DNA from: Acidimicrobiia bacterium
GTDB lineage: Bacteria; Actinomycetota; Acidimicrobiia; Spongiisociales; ZC4RG35
DNA: 64,000 bases
Assembly: GCA_025928935.1 (NCBI GenBank)
Contig: JAICNB010000008.1
Span: 2,456-66,455, forward strand
Direction of reading: 5' to 3'
Below are positions 49,648 to 58,936 of this stretch, in pieces. The translations under genes and the position numbers were made by a program. The stretch's first letter is position 1. Every line of letters begins with the position of its first letter. Below the pieces are notes generated by a model, which did not search any database, was not told where the DNA came from, and was given only the letters and a program-made list of their open reading frames with translations.

Positions 49648-50583
49648 TCAACCGAATGGAAGAGCCGGCTGGGAGGTGGCTCGTGGCTCTTGCTGTCTCG
49701 ATCGGGATCTTCCACGTGGGTGGCGGGGTAGATAGACCCGGTCGCGGTACAACTCCTCGTAGGTCTCGATGAGCTCGGGATGGGCACCGTTCAACCACCC
49801 CATGAAATGCTCCCGCACACCAGCACGAAGATGGAGAGGGATGGAGTACACCGATCCGGCCCCGGCCTCTCGACAGGCCGCCTCGACCTCGGCCACCTGC
49901 TCCGGCCGATCCGACAAACCCGGGATGATGGGGGCTATCAGCACCCCCGTAGGGACACCGGCCTCACTGAGACGGGCGATCGCCTCCACCCTCCGCAGAG
50001 GGTGGGGTGTGCCGGGCTCGGTCTCCTTCCAGACCACTGGATCGAGCGTGCCGATCGAGAAGCTGACCGTGACTTCCGAATGGCGCGCCGCCTCTGCGAA
50101 GAGATCGATGTCACGCAGGGCCAAGGTCGACTTGGTCAGGATGCTGAACGGGTTGCGTCGCTCGGTCAGCACCTCGAGGATGCCCCGGGTCAATCGGTAT
50201 CGGCCCTCGGCGGGCTGGTAGGGGTCGGTGTTGGTCCCCATCGCGATGGGCGCGCCCGACCACCGGGCCGGTGACGTCTCGGCTCGGATGAGCTCGACGG
50301 CGTTGATCTTGACCACGATCTGGGTGTCGAAGTCCACACCCGTGTCGAGCCCCAGGTATTCGTGGGTGGGCCGGGCGAAGCAATAGACGCATGCGTGGCT
50401 GCAACCGCGGTAGGGGTTGATGGTCCAATCAAAGGGGAGGAAGGTCCCCGGGACGCGGTTGAGGATGGTCTTGGCTTCGATCTCGTGGAACACGAGGCCC
50501 CGGTACTGCCCTCGTCCCGGCACACGGCGGGTCAGTTCGAACAGGCCACCATCTGATGGAGCGTTCCATCTCAGCTCGCTCAT
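49648..50583 (-). CDS. Rv2578c-family (SplB-like) radical SAM DNA repair protein
   Basis: INPYRGCSHACVYCFARPTH, MGTNTDPYQPAEG, ILTKS, EPGTPHP. Confidence 0.9.
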   Translation of the reverse strand: MSELRWNAPSDGGLFELTRRVPGRGQYRGLVFHEIEAKTILNRVPGTFLPFDWTINPYRGCSHACVYCFARPTHEYLGLDTGVDFDTQIVVKINAVELIRAETSPARWSGAPIAMGTNTDPYQPAEGRYRLTRGILEVLTERRNPFSILTKSTLALRDIDLFAEAARHSEVTVSFSIGTLDPVVWKETEPGTPHPLRRVEAIARLSEAGVPTGVLIAPIIPGLSDRPEQVAEVEAACREAGAGSVYSIPLHLRAGVREHFMGWLNGAHPELIETYEELYRDRVYLPRHPRGRSRSRQQEPRATSQPALPFG

Positions 50584-50591
50584 GGAGCGCG

Positions 50592-50620
50592 ACCATAGGT
50601 CGAACGTGTGTTCGGGTCAA
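50592..50620 (-). promoter_or_regulatory. SigA promoter with LexA (SOS) box in the spacer
   Basis: Minus strand TTGACC-N17-TATGGT-N8-ATG; the spacer holds CGAAC-N4-GTTCG (50601-50614); Rv2578c is LexA-regulated in mycobacteria. Confidence 0.85.
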
Positions 50621-50782
50621 GCGGGTCTGCTGAGACAACCTCATCGGATTCTCGGTTCACGTCTCTCATCGTCACCTGCAGCGATGGCTCGGAGGTGCCT
50701 GGGTCGCGGCGACCGACTTGGGGTAGGTGCCCAGATCATGAAATCGGGCCCGGCAAGGCCGCCTTCAGCTCTAACCCGTCGG

Positions 50783-51790
50783 TCAGTCCATTCCATGGCT
50801 GACCACGCGTCGGATCCACTCACTTGCCTCTGGGACCGTTTTTTCCAGGGCTTCCGAAAGGGCGGTGGTCAACGCCAAATGGCTTCGGAAGCCATGCGCG
50901 TCGAGCATATGGCCCTGCCATCGGGAGAAGTCCAGAAGCGGCCGAGGGTCGTCCACGAGCATCGACGCCTCGGTCACCAACAGGGCCGTTGCCAGTTCGG
51001 TTCGCTGTCGAGCCCCCGGTGGCTCGCCGAGGGCGTGAGCGAGAAGGGCCTCGGCCTCGGCCAGAACGGCGTTGTGTCTTTCCATGACCCGTTCCAGCAC
51101 TCCACCCGGGTTCTTGGCTCGGGCTTCGGAGGCATGTACATCGGGCGCCCACGACTCGAGATGGTCGGCGACCTCGCCCGGTGATGCCACCCAGGCGTCC
51201 GCACCCACCCGTTCAGCCCAGATCCCGTTCTCGCCGAACGCTCTCCCTCCCACGAGGACCGGGATTCCGGCGGAGTGGCTCGCCCGGATGGCGTCACGAG
51301 CGCCGAGGAGATGGCTGGTCATGGCGCCTGACAACACCACCGCCGCGGCTGGGTCGAACTCGAGGTACTCCCTCAGATCGGGCGCCAGGACGTTGGCACC
51401 GAGAAAGGTGGTGCGATGGCCCAGATAGAGAAGATGTGCGGCCACCGCCCGAGCCGGCAAGGAATGGCTATCGCCCGGCGTCGTAGCTACGACGACAGCC
51501 GATTCCTTCTCCGGCTGATCCAATGACCCGGTCAACAGTGCGATCACCGTCTCCAGAGTTGCCGTGGCCGCATGCTCCTCGGTGACGAGGTAGTCCCCAG
51601 CCTGCCAGCGCAGGCCGACTTCCCGTTCGGATCTGAGAAGCATGTCGAAGACGACTGTCTCGAAGGGGGTTCCCTCATCGAGGAGGTGGGCCACGAGCCG
51701 GTACACCGAGCCAGAGTCGCCGGCAATGGCCGCGGCGGTGATCCCTAGCTGGATCTCAGAGATTCGTGACTGCTCCATGCGGACCATCAC
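50783..51790 (-). CDS. cobalamin-binding domain protein (B12-binding_2 plus Rossmann B12 domain plus helical C-terminus), no HTH
   Basis: VGLRWQAGDYLVTEEH (W-x9-EH), PGDSHSLP (DxH), FLGANV, VVLS, VLVGGRAF, VGADAW. Confidence 0.85.
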   Translation of the reverse strand: MMVRMEQSRISEIQLGITAAAIAGDSGSVYRLVAHLLDEGTPFETVVFDMLLRSEREVGLRWQAGDYLVTEEHAATATLETVIALLTGSLDQPEKESAVVVATTPGDSHSLPARAVAAHLLYLGHRTTFLGANVLAPDLREYLEFDPAAAVVLSGAMTSHLLGARDAIRASHSAGIPVLVGGRAFGENGIWAERVGADAWVASPGEVADHLESWAPDVHASEARAKNPGGVLERVMERHNAVLAEAEALLAHALGEPPGARQRTELATALLVTEASMLVDDPRPLLDFSRWQGHMLDAHGFRSHLALTTALSEALEKTVPEASEWIRRVVSHGMD

Positions 51791-52545
51791 GTGCTCCTGA
51801 CTTCCCCCGGGTCACGCTGGCGATCTGCCTGTGGCCAGGCATAGACGATGACATTGCTGTCGTATCGAGAGATGCTCGAATCGAATCCCCCACCACAGGT
51901 GACCAGGGTGAGCACAGGCGGCCCACTCCGGCTGAAGATCGCCTCGGTGGGTAGATCGGCTTTCAGGTAGGTCGCCTTGGCCTGCACCGAGAACGTTGCC
52001 TCGCTTCCGTCGTCGAACTGGACCACGATCAGGTCACCCGGCTCGAGCCGGTGCAGATCGAAGAAGACGCCGCGACCTTGTCCCATCAGGTCGACGTGTG
52101 CCGCCAACACGGCCGATCCCGGTTCTCCCGGCGCGGGCCCGTACTCGTACCAACCGACTTCTACGACGTTGTCTGGCACATCCATTTGACCTGTGGCGCG
52201 GTCGACGCCGTGGGGACGGATTTCCGCAGCGACACCGATCGCCTCGATGTTGAGGACTGTTGGCGTTCGCCTTGGATCTTCGGGCGCTTCGAGGGACGGT
52301 CCCTCGTTCACCTGCCACAGCGGGCGAGGGGGCGCTTCCACGGGCTCCGAGTTCGTGGTGGAAGGTGACCTGACGATGGATGACGGCGACGGGGTGGACA
52401 AGGATTGCTCGACGCGTTCCACGTCGCCCAGGGTGGGGTTCTCGGTCTTGGTGAATTCAGCGACGGAAGCGATGGCAAGGCCAATGCCCAGGGCCAGGCC
52501 CAGGAGACCGAGCAGCAACGGCGCGTGAGGGGAAGGTCTCTTCAT
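51787..52545 (-). CDS. class F sortase
   Basis: N-terminal TM, VGWYEYGPAPGEPGSAVLAAHVD, VFFDL, LTLVTCGG, YDSNVIVYA. Confidence 0.92.
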   Translation of the reverse strand: MKRPSPHAPLLLGLLGLALGIGLAIASVAEFTKTENPTLGDVERVEQSLSTPSPSSIVRSPSTTNSEPVEAPPRPLWQVNEGPSLEAPEDPRRTPTVLNIEAIGVAAEIRPHGVDRATGQMDVPDNVVEVGWYEYGPAPGEPGSAVLAAHVDLMGQGRGVFFDLHRLEPGDLIVVQFDDGSEATFSVQAKATYLKADLPTEAIFSRSGPPVLTLVTCGGGFDSSISRYDSNVIVYAWPQADRQRDPGEVRST

Positions 52546-52556
52546 CGCAGGTGGGC

Positions 52557-52584
52557 GAGGGAGGCCCTATCAGGGGCCTCCCTC
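52557..52584. terminator. 11-bp perfect hairpin between DUF4397 and sortase genes
   Basis: GAGGGAGGCCC-TATCAG-GGGCCTCCCTC; no U tract. Confidence 0.6.
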
Positions 52585-52607
52585 ATGATCATGGTCGACT
52601 CGATCGA

Positions 52608-53405
52608 CTATCGGTTCGCCTTGGCCAGGGCCATGGCCCCACCACTGAATGCGATGACGGCGAGGCCCATCAAGACGACGCCGAGCCATGCGCTGTCGGC
52701 AGCCAATCCGGCGGTGCCGGTGGGAACGCCGGTAGGCGCCCCGGCCAGACCGGTCAGAGCGGCGGTCACCACCTGGAAGCTCCCGCCCTCGACCGAACCG
52801 ATCGCATAGGCGATGCTGTTGGTCCCTTCCGCCAGGTCGAGGTCGGCCTCGAAGGCACTGGTCGCCGGGTCGCCGGCAGCGGTGATCTTGATGTTGTAGG
52901 TGTCGGCCGGCACATCGGCGTCGCCGCCCTGACCATTGGTCACGCCGGAGAACACGGCAGAGTCATTGGCCAGGATGTCGACCGGGCCGAAGTCGGCGAG
53001 GTGTCTCGCCGTCACCCGGGCGTTCCCCGCCTCGATCGTCGCGTTGTTCTCGACGAAGACGCCGAGAGTGGGCTCACCGCCCTCCTGCAGGTGGGCGGCG
53101 ATCGTGACCGCTGCCCCTGCCTCGAGGTCGGCCGACCCGCTCAGGGCCGGATCGTCCGCGTCGGGATCGGCCCCCGCGGCATAGATCTCCACTTCGTAGG
53201 ATCCAGCGGGCAAGGGGAGCGGACCGGCCACGTCGCCGTACTGGAACCCCTCGAGGGTCAGTTCGCCGTTGACGTAGACGTCGACATCGAGATCGGGCAC
53301 ACCGTGAACCACGATGACCTGACCTTCGCTCGACTGCGCCATTGCGGCTGTGGCCGGGATTACGGCGAGCAACATGGCGGTGATGAGAAGCATCAGCTTT
53401 CGCAT
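52608..53405 (-). CDS. DUF4397 secreted protein with C-terminal sorting signal
   Basis: Signal peptide AMA, VVHGVPDLDVDVYVNG, RHLADFGPVDI, then PTGVPTG, TM and KANR. Confidence 0.88.
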   Translation of the reverse strand: MRKLMLLITAMLLAVIPATAAMAQSSEGQVIVVHGVPDLDVDVYVNGELTLEGFQYGDVAGPLPLPAGSYEVEIYAAGADPDADDPALSGSADLEAGAAVTIAAHLQEGGEPTLGVFVENNATIEAGNARVTARHLADFGPVDILANDSAVFSGVTNGQGGDADVPADTYNIKITAAGDPATSAFEADLDLAEGTNSIAYAIGSVEGGSFQVVTAALTGLAGAPTGVPTGTAGLAADSAWLGVVLMGLAVIAFSGGAMALAKANR

Positions 53406-53463
53406 TGGGATCTCCTTTACATTCCACGACCTGCGTTTTGTCGGTCGTCTGCTTCGACCGTGT

Positions 53464-53490
53464 TTCGGATCAGGTCGGGAGAATGGATGA
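53464..53490 (-). promoter_or_regulatory. SigK-like ECF promoter
   Basis: Minus strand TCATCC-N16-CCGAA, 58 nt upstream of the DUF4397 ATG. Confidence 0.75.
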
Positions 53491-53507
53491 CCCAGTTGGC
53501 AGGTTTC

Positions 53508-54674
53508 TCAGCGGGAGAAGACCCATTGCTCGACGTTTATTCGGCCGATGCGAAAGCCGGCCTCGCACAAGGTGAGATATAGCTCCCACATCCGACGGAA
53601 CCTCTCGTCGAAGCCGTCTCGCGCCGAGAGCTCTGGCCAGGCATCCTCGAATCGCGACCGCCAGGCAGCCAGGGTGCGGGCGTAGTCGAGGCCGAAGGTC
53701 TCGATCTGGTCGACCTCGAGCCGCACTTTGCGGGCCAAACGCCTCAGCACCTTCGGCGCGGGCAGCTGCCCGCCGGGGAAGATGTATTGCTGAATGAAAT
53801 CGGCGCGGGAGCGGTAACGCTCCCACTCCGAGTCATCGATCGTGATGACCTGCATCGCGGCCTTGGCTCCCGGGCGAAGCCTGCGGGCGATGGCGGTGAA
53901 CAGCCCCGGCCAATGCGACTCGTCCACCGACTCGATCATCTCGATCGAGACGATGGCGTCGAACTCCCCTTCCACTTCGCGGAAGTCCTGGACCCGAACG
54001 TCGACCCGGTTCGTCAGACCGCGCTCGGCGATGCGTTTGCGGGCGTGGTCGGCCTGCTCGGTCGACAGGGTGATGGCGACCACATCGCATTCCCTCTCCG
54101 AAGCGGCATATGCGGCGAAGCCACCCCAACCGCAGCCAATCTCGAGAACACGCATGCCAGGCTCGATCCCGGCGTGATCGGCCATCGACCGGTACTTGTT
54201 CTTCTGAGCTTCGTCGAGCGAATCGTTTGGTCGTCTGAATCGCGCCGAGGAGTAGGTCATGGCTTCGTCGAGCCAGGACTCGTAGAACTCGTTGCCCAGG
54301 TTGTAATGGTCGTTCATCGAGCGCACCCGGGGATGTCGGCGCTCCGGACGTATCCGTTGCCACACCTTGCGCAAGGGACGGGTAGCCCTGGCAACGGGAT
54401 GGTCGAACCATGCGACCCGGTTGGCCGCCCCCCATTCGACGAGCGCCGAGAGGTCGGGTGTGTCGATGCGACCATCCATGTGTGCTTCGGTGAATCCGAT
54501 GAGGCCGGAGCGGACGATGTCCACCACGGCCGAATAGCTGGAGACCGTCAATTCTGCCGACGGCGAACCGGCTCCGATCCGGTGGACCCGGCCATCGGGC
54601 AGGGTCAGCGTGAGTCGACCCGTCCGGGCGAGACGCGAGAGGACCCAGACCCCGAGACCGCCGCCCAAGGTCAT
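53508..54674 (-). CDS. cyclopropane-fatty-acyl synthase family methyltransferase (UfaM/UfaA1-like)
   Basis: HYNLGNEFY, MTYSSA, LEIGCGWG, SIEMIE, DFIQQYIFPGG, DYARTL, RMWELYL..CEAGF. Confidence 0.9.
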   Translation of the reverse strand: MTLGGGLGVWVLSRLARTGRLTLTLPDGRVHRIGAGSPSAELTVSSYSAVVDIVRSGLIGFTEAHMDGRIDTPDLSALVEWGAANRVAWFDHPVARATRPLRKVWQRIRPERRHPRVRSMNDHYNLGNEFYESWLDEAMTYSSARFRRPNDSLDEAQKNKYRSMADHAGIEPGMRVLEIGCGWGGFAAYAASERECDVVAITLSTEQADHARKRIAERGLTNRVDVRVQDFREVEGEFDAIVSIEMIESVDESHWPGLFTAIARRLRPGAKAAMQVITIDDSEWERYRSRADFIQQYIFPGGQLPAPKVLRRLARKVRLEVDQIETFGLDYARTLAAWRSRFEDAWPELSARDGFDERFRRMWELYLTLCEAGFRIGRINVEQWVFSR

Positions 54675-55465
54675 GTCGAGAGGGCCGCTCGACCGACGAT
54701 GGTCACCGTTTCCTTCGCCGGCTCCGGCCGCTTTCGATATTCGGCGCCCTTCAACCAGAGGCGGAGGGCCTGCCAGTGGATCCCGACGATGACGTGCAAG
54801 GTCACCAGGGGGTGGGCGAGGAACAGCTTCAACAGGTTGAAATCACTCATCGGGAGCTTTCTCAAGCGAAGACCGGCACGGAACATCGGGCCCTCGGAAT
54901 CGGTCTGTTCGATCGCCAGTGACAAGTGATCTCCGGGCACGGTCATGGTGAAGTGATATGTCTGGTCCATGTCGTTGAAAGGCGAGACATGGAGTCTCTT
55001 CTCGACGGCATGACGCAGGTCGGATGAACCTCGGATGGGCGCCACGTAGATGTGCCGATCGCCGAAGGTATTCCTCACCTCGTGGATCACCGCCCGTAGC
55101 TCGTCTTCTGGCCCGTAGCAATACCACACGCTGATGGGATTGAACACATAACCGAGGACTCTGGGAAGCGTCAGGAGCCTCACGCGTCCCCCTTCGAGGT
55201 TCACCCCCGCCCGAGCCAGGGTCGCTTCGACCCATGGCCTGAGATCGCCGACGTTCTCGGCTCCGTGATCGGAAGGATCGAATCCGTAGAGATTGCGCCG
55301 GCCGACGGAGAAGAGCCTCAGATCCTTCGCCAGGTCCTCCAGCTCGGCCAGGTCGAACATGGCGTAGTAGATGCGGTATTCGAAATCGTGATGGAAGGGC
55401 TGGAGCCGGGTGTGCCTGACTTTGCCCCGATACAGCGCCGATCGGAGGCTGCTCATGCCGCTCAT
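54671..55465 (-). CDS. DUF1365 family protein (UfaO-like)
   Basis: LYRGKVRHTR, DHG, PRVLGYVFNPISVWYC, EVRNTFGDRH, KRLHVSPF, IHWQALRLWLKG. Confidence 0.92.
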   Translation of the reverse strand: MSGMSSLRSALYRGKVRHTRLQPFHHDFEYRIYYAMFDLAELEDLAKDLRLFSVGRRNLYGFDPSDHGAENVGDLRPWVEATLARAGVNLEGGRVRLLTLPRVLGYVFNPISVWYCYGPEDELRAVIHEVRNTFGDRHIYVAPIRGSSDLRHAVEKRLHVSPFNDMDQTYHFTMTVPGDHLSLAIEQTDSEGPMFRAGLRLRKLPMSDFNLLKLFLAHPLVTLHVIVGIHWQALRLWLKGAEYRKRPEPAKETVTIVGRAALST

Positions 55466-56763
55466 GCCGCCTCCAGCTCCTCTCTCATCGCCGACTCGCC
55501 CCGCTCGAAGGTGGCGTGCCACGGAGCCGGGCTGCCCAGCGACGCGGCCACTTCGAGCCCCGACCTGAGACCATCTTCGTGGAAGCCATAGCCGAGGTAG
55601 GCGCCGGCGAACCAGGTGTTGTTCCGACCCTGGATGGCAGCGATGGCTCGTTGCGCTCCCGGGGTGCGAAGGTCGAACTGGGGATGGGCGTAGATGAAGG
55701 TGCGATGGGTCAGCGCCGGGTTCGGGTCCCGTAGAGGGTTCAAGGAGACGAACAGCGGGGCCTCGGTCTCGAGGGACTGAAGGCGGTTCATCCAGTAGGT
55801 CACCGAGGCGGGCCCGCCCCTGGCCGACTCGGAGGTCATGGCGTTCCAGCTCGACCACAGCCGCCGGTTGCGCGGCATGAGGTGCGGATCGCTGTGGAGG
55901 ACGGCGAGGTTGGGCCGGTAGCCGATCGCCCCCAACGCCGACCGTTCCTGGTCGGTTGCGTCGTCACCCAGAATGCGCCGGGCCTGATCGGAGTGCGTCG
56001 CGATGATCACTTGGTCGAAGTGACTGCGATCCTCTCTCGTCTCCACGATGACACCGGCCCCGCTGCGGATCACCCGTCTCACCTCGGCGCCCGTCCTGAT
56101 CACGTCAGAGAAACCCGCGATGAGACGTTCCACGTACTCCCGGCTCCCACCCGTCACGGTCCGCCAGCGAGGTCTGCCCGCGATCTCGATCAGCCCGTGG
56201 TTGTGGAGGAAGGTGAGGATCGACCGAGCGGGGAAACCGCCGATCTCGCCGAGGCCGGTCGACCAGATCGCTCCCGTCATCGGGTACACATAGTCCTCCA
56301 AGAACGCCGCTGAGAACCCGTGACGTCGCAGGAGATCTTCGATGGTCTCACCACTCGCCGGCTGCAGACTCGCCCCGATGCGGCGGAATCGATTGATGTC
56401 CGCAAGCATCCCCAAGAACCTCGGCTTGGCGAGGTTGCGCGGCTCGGCCAGCATTCCCGAGAGGCTGGCCGCGTACTCGAATCTACGATCGACCGAGAAC
56501 GCGAACGACATGTCACTCGCCTGTGTAGGCACGGCCAGCGCCCGAAAGAGCTGGGTCAGGTTCGGATAGGTCACCTCGTTGTAGACGATGAAGCCGGTAT
56601 CGACCGCGACCGAGCCCTGCGGCGTGTCCACCTCGACGGTGTTCGTGTGCCCGCCGATCCTGTCGTCCGACTCGTACACGGTCAATTCGTGCTCGTGCGA
56701 GAGCGCCCATGCAGCTCCCAGCCCTGAGATGCCGGTCCCGATGATTGCGATTCGTTGTCCCAT
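55462..56763 (-). CDS. FAD-dependent oxidoreductase/desaturase (UfaD/Rv0449c-like)
   Basis: IGTGISGL, GGHTNT, VDTGFIVYN..YPN, GGSREY, ATHSDQA, SSWN, TYWMNRLQ, YAHP, GFHEDG. Confidence 0.92.
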   Translation of the reverse strand: MGQRIAIIGTGISGLGAAWALSHEHELTVYESDDRIGGHTNTVEVDTPQGSVAVDTGFIVYNEVTYPNLTQLFRALAVPTQASDMSFAFSVDRRFEYAASLSGMLAEPRNLAKPRFLGMLADINRFRRIGASLQPASGETIEDLLRRHGFSAAFLEDYVYPMTGAIWSTGLGEIGGFPARSILTFLHNHGLIEIAGRPRWRTVTGGSREYVERLIAGFSDVIRTGAEVRRVIRSGAGVIVETREDRSHFDQVIIATHSDQARRILGDDATDQERSALGAIGYRPNLAVLHSDPHLMPRNRRLWSSWNAMTSESARGGPASVTYWMNRLQSLETEAPLFVSLNPLRDPNPALTHRTFIYAHPQFDLRTPGAQRAIAAIQGRNNTWFAGAYLGYGFHEDGLRSGLEVAASLGSPAPWHATFERGESAMREELEAA

Positions 56764-56771
56764 GCCTCCCA

Positions 56772-56798
56772 TTCGGACCCGAGGGGGTGGGCGGATTG
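56772..56798 (-). promoter_or_regulatory. SigK-like ECF promoter
   Basis: Minus strand CAATCC-N16-CCGAA, 8 nt before ATG 56763. Confidence 0.75.
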
Positions 56799-56832
56799 CA
56801 TCGAAGGTGGCTCCGAAGGCGGGACGCCGGGG

Positions 56833-56859
56833 GCATCCAGATCGACGAGCGGCTTCGAA
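56833..56859 (+). promoter_or_regulatory. SigK-like ECF promoter, divergent
   Basis: GCATCC-N16-TCGAA about 120 nt upstream of the acyltransferase. Confidence 0.5.
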
Positions 56860-56981
56860 CTCGGGCAAGAGGGTGATCCCTCGACGATCCGATTTGGGTT
56901 TTCGTGACGGGAGCGCCGGCTACACGGTGCCCGTCGTGGTGGATGTCCCCGGGGAGGCATGACAATGAGACAAATGGACCG

Positions 56982-57989
56982 ATGAGCCCGATGTTGCGTG
57001 GTCCCCTTCTCCGGAGGCTGGTGACAGTCCCAAGCACGTACTTGTTGCTGGTGGCCGTGACCGTCCTCCTGCCGATCCTGCTCCCTCTCGCCGCTCTGAA
57101 CGACCTCGTCCGATGGCTGGCGAATCGAACACCTGCCATGAGCCTGAGGATGCTGACCTTCGGATGGCTGTACCTGGTGGGAGAGAGTTGGGCGATCGTC
57201 GCGCTCGCCATCCTGGGTGCCCTTCCCGAGAGCGCCTCCATGAGGCTCACCTACGGAGCGCAGCGTGCGTGGCTCGATTGGAACTTCGATGCACTTCGGC
57301 TCGCCTTCTCGCTCGACTTCACCGTCGAGGGAGGAGAAGAGGTCGCGCCCGGCCCAATCCTCCTCCTCTCGCGACACGCCTCGATGATCGACACCATGCT
57401 GCCCGGCCGTTACGTCGTCAGACCGCACCGGATAAAGCTCCGGTATGTGCTGAAGAAGGAGCTGCTGGTCGACCCCGCACTCGATATCGGGGGCAACCGC
57501 CTCCCCAACTACTTCATCGACCGGGCGGGGAATGCAGCTACAGAGATGGCCGCCTTGCGAGACCTGGCACGCTCACTAGACGTGGACGAGGGCGTCCTCA
57601 TCTATCCCGAGGGAACCCGGTACACCGAAAAGAAGCGCGTCGAATACTCGGCACGATGGGAGCAAGCAGGCGGGGCGCTGGCCGAGATCGCCTCGAGTTA
57701 CAGGCGAGTACTGCCTCCCAGGCCGGGAGGGACCCTGGCTCTGCTCGATGCGAGCACTGCAGACGTGGTCGTCCTGGCACACCGTGGCCTGGAGGGGTTC
57801 GCCCGGTTGTCAGACATCTGGAACGGACGTCTTGTCGGTTCCGAGGTCCAACTTCGCTTCTGGCGGGTTCCCCGCCCGCAGATTCCGGATGGTGACGCCG
57901 AGCGGACCGAGTGGCTCTTTCGTCTCTGGGCCGAGGTCGACGCCTGGGTGGTGGGGGAGGAAGGCAGGGCCGCAGGCGGGTCTGGCTGA
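56982..57989 (+). CDS. PlsC-family acyltransferase
   Basis: SRHASMID (Hx4D), YVLKKEL, FIDR, YPEGTR, PRPGG. Confidence 0.88.
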   Translation: MSPMLRGPLLRRLVTVPSTYLLLVAVTVLLPILLPLAALNDLVRWLANRTPAMSLRMLTFGWLYLVGESWAIVALAILGALPESASMRLTYGAQRAWLDWNFDALRLAFSLDFTVEGGEEVAPGPILLLSRHASMIDTMLPGRYVVRPHRIKLRYVLKKELLVDPALDIGGNRLPNYFIDRAGNAATEMAALRDLARSLDVDEGVLIYPEGTRYTEKKRVEYSARWEQAGGALAEIASSYRRVLPPRPGGTLALLDASTADVVVLAHRGLEGFARLSDIWNGRLVGSEVQLRFWRVPRPQIPDGDAERTEWLFRLWAEVDAWVVGEEGRAAGGSG

Positions 57990-58015
57990 TCGGTCAGGCG
58001 ACTCTCATCCAACCC

Positions 58016-58936
58016 TCATCCGACCAGCACATCGCTGCCGGTCAAGGTCACCAACTCATCCCAAAGCCGGGCTCGATCCGCGGCCGTCTCCCTGGTGGAG
58101 TCGATCAGATGTGTCGGCGCGACGGCGCGGTCGAACCAGAACCGACCGGTGGTGGCAGCGGGTTCTGCCGCTGCGGCCAGCCAGACAATCGTGTCCGCAC
58201 CTTGTTCCGGGGTCCTGAGAAACGGCTTCATCATCATGTTGAAGGTAGGCAGCGACTCGGCGACGCCGGCCGTCGCCGCCCACCCCGGGTGCATCGAGTG
58301 GAAGACGATGCGCTGGTCGGGAAACCGCTCGGCCCACATCTCGGTCACGATCACCTGACCTCTCTTGCTGTGGGCATATGCGGCGGTTCCGCTGTACTCC
58401 CTGTTGGTGAACTGGAGGTCAGCGGGTCGGATCCTCTCCGAGTACATGCCTCCGGAGCTGACGCTGATCACTCGGGCCGGAGGCGACTCGAGCAGCCTCG
58501 GGATCAGCAGATTCGTGAGCAGGAATTGGCCGGCGAGGTTGGTCGCCATGGTCTTCTCCAATCCTTCGCCGGTTACCTCCCGCTGAGGAAGCAAGACCCC
58601 GACGTTGTTCACAAGTGAGTCGATGCGGGGCTCTGTCTCGAGGATCCGCCTCCCCAGCTCCCTGACCTCGTCCAGCAGGCTCAGGTCTGCCACTTCGATG
58701 GAGGGCGTGCCACCGACGCTTGCCTTGGCCTCATGCAGCTTCTCCTCGCTCCTGCCCACCATGATCACGCGTGCGCCCATCGCACCCAATCGCCGGCTGA
58801 CCGCCAGGCCGAGTCCTCCGGTGGCGCCAGTGACGACAACAGTCTGACCGGTCAGGTCTGTCTGGAGCGGCTCGAAGCTACGGGCATGTAGGTGATACCC
58901 GATGTTGGTGAACGACGCGATCTGAAGGCGGTTCAC
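58016..58936 (-). CDS. short-chain dehydrogenase/reductase (DHRS12-like)
   Basis: TGATGGLG, NNVG, VSSGGMY, YAHSKR, MHPGWAAT, QGADTIVWL. Confidence 0.9.
   Translation of the reverse strand: MNRLQIASFTNIGYHLHARSFEPLQTDLTGQTVVVTGATGGLGLAVSRRLGAMGARVIMVGRSEEKLHEAKASVGGTPSIEVADLSLLDEVRELGRRILETEPRIDSLVNNVGVLLPQREVTGEGLEKTMATNLAGQFLLTNLLIPRLLESPPARVISVSSGGMYSERIRPADLQFTNREYSGTAAYAHSKRGQVIVTEMWAERFPDQRIVFHSMHPGWAATAGVAESLPTFNMMMKPFLRTPEQGADTIVWLAAAAEPAATTGRFWFDRAVAPTHLIDSTRETAADRARLWDELVTLTGSDVLVG

Noticed and set aside
50622-50782. Possible cobalamin riboswitch or small RNA next to the B12-binding gene
   Set aside because: It lies downstream of that gene and no B12-box or conserved core was recognisable; an Infernal search would settle it
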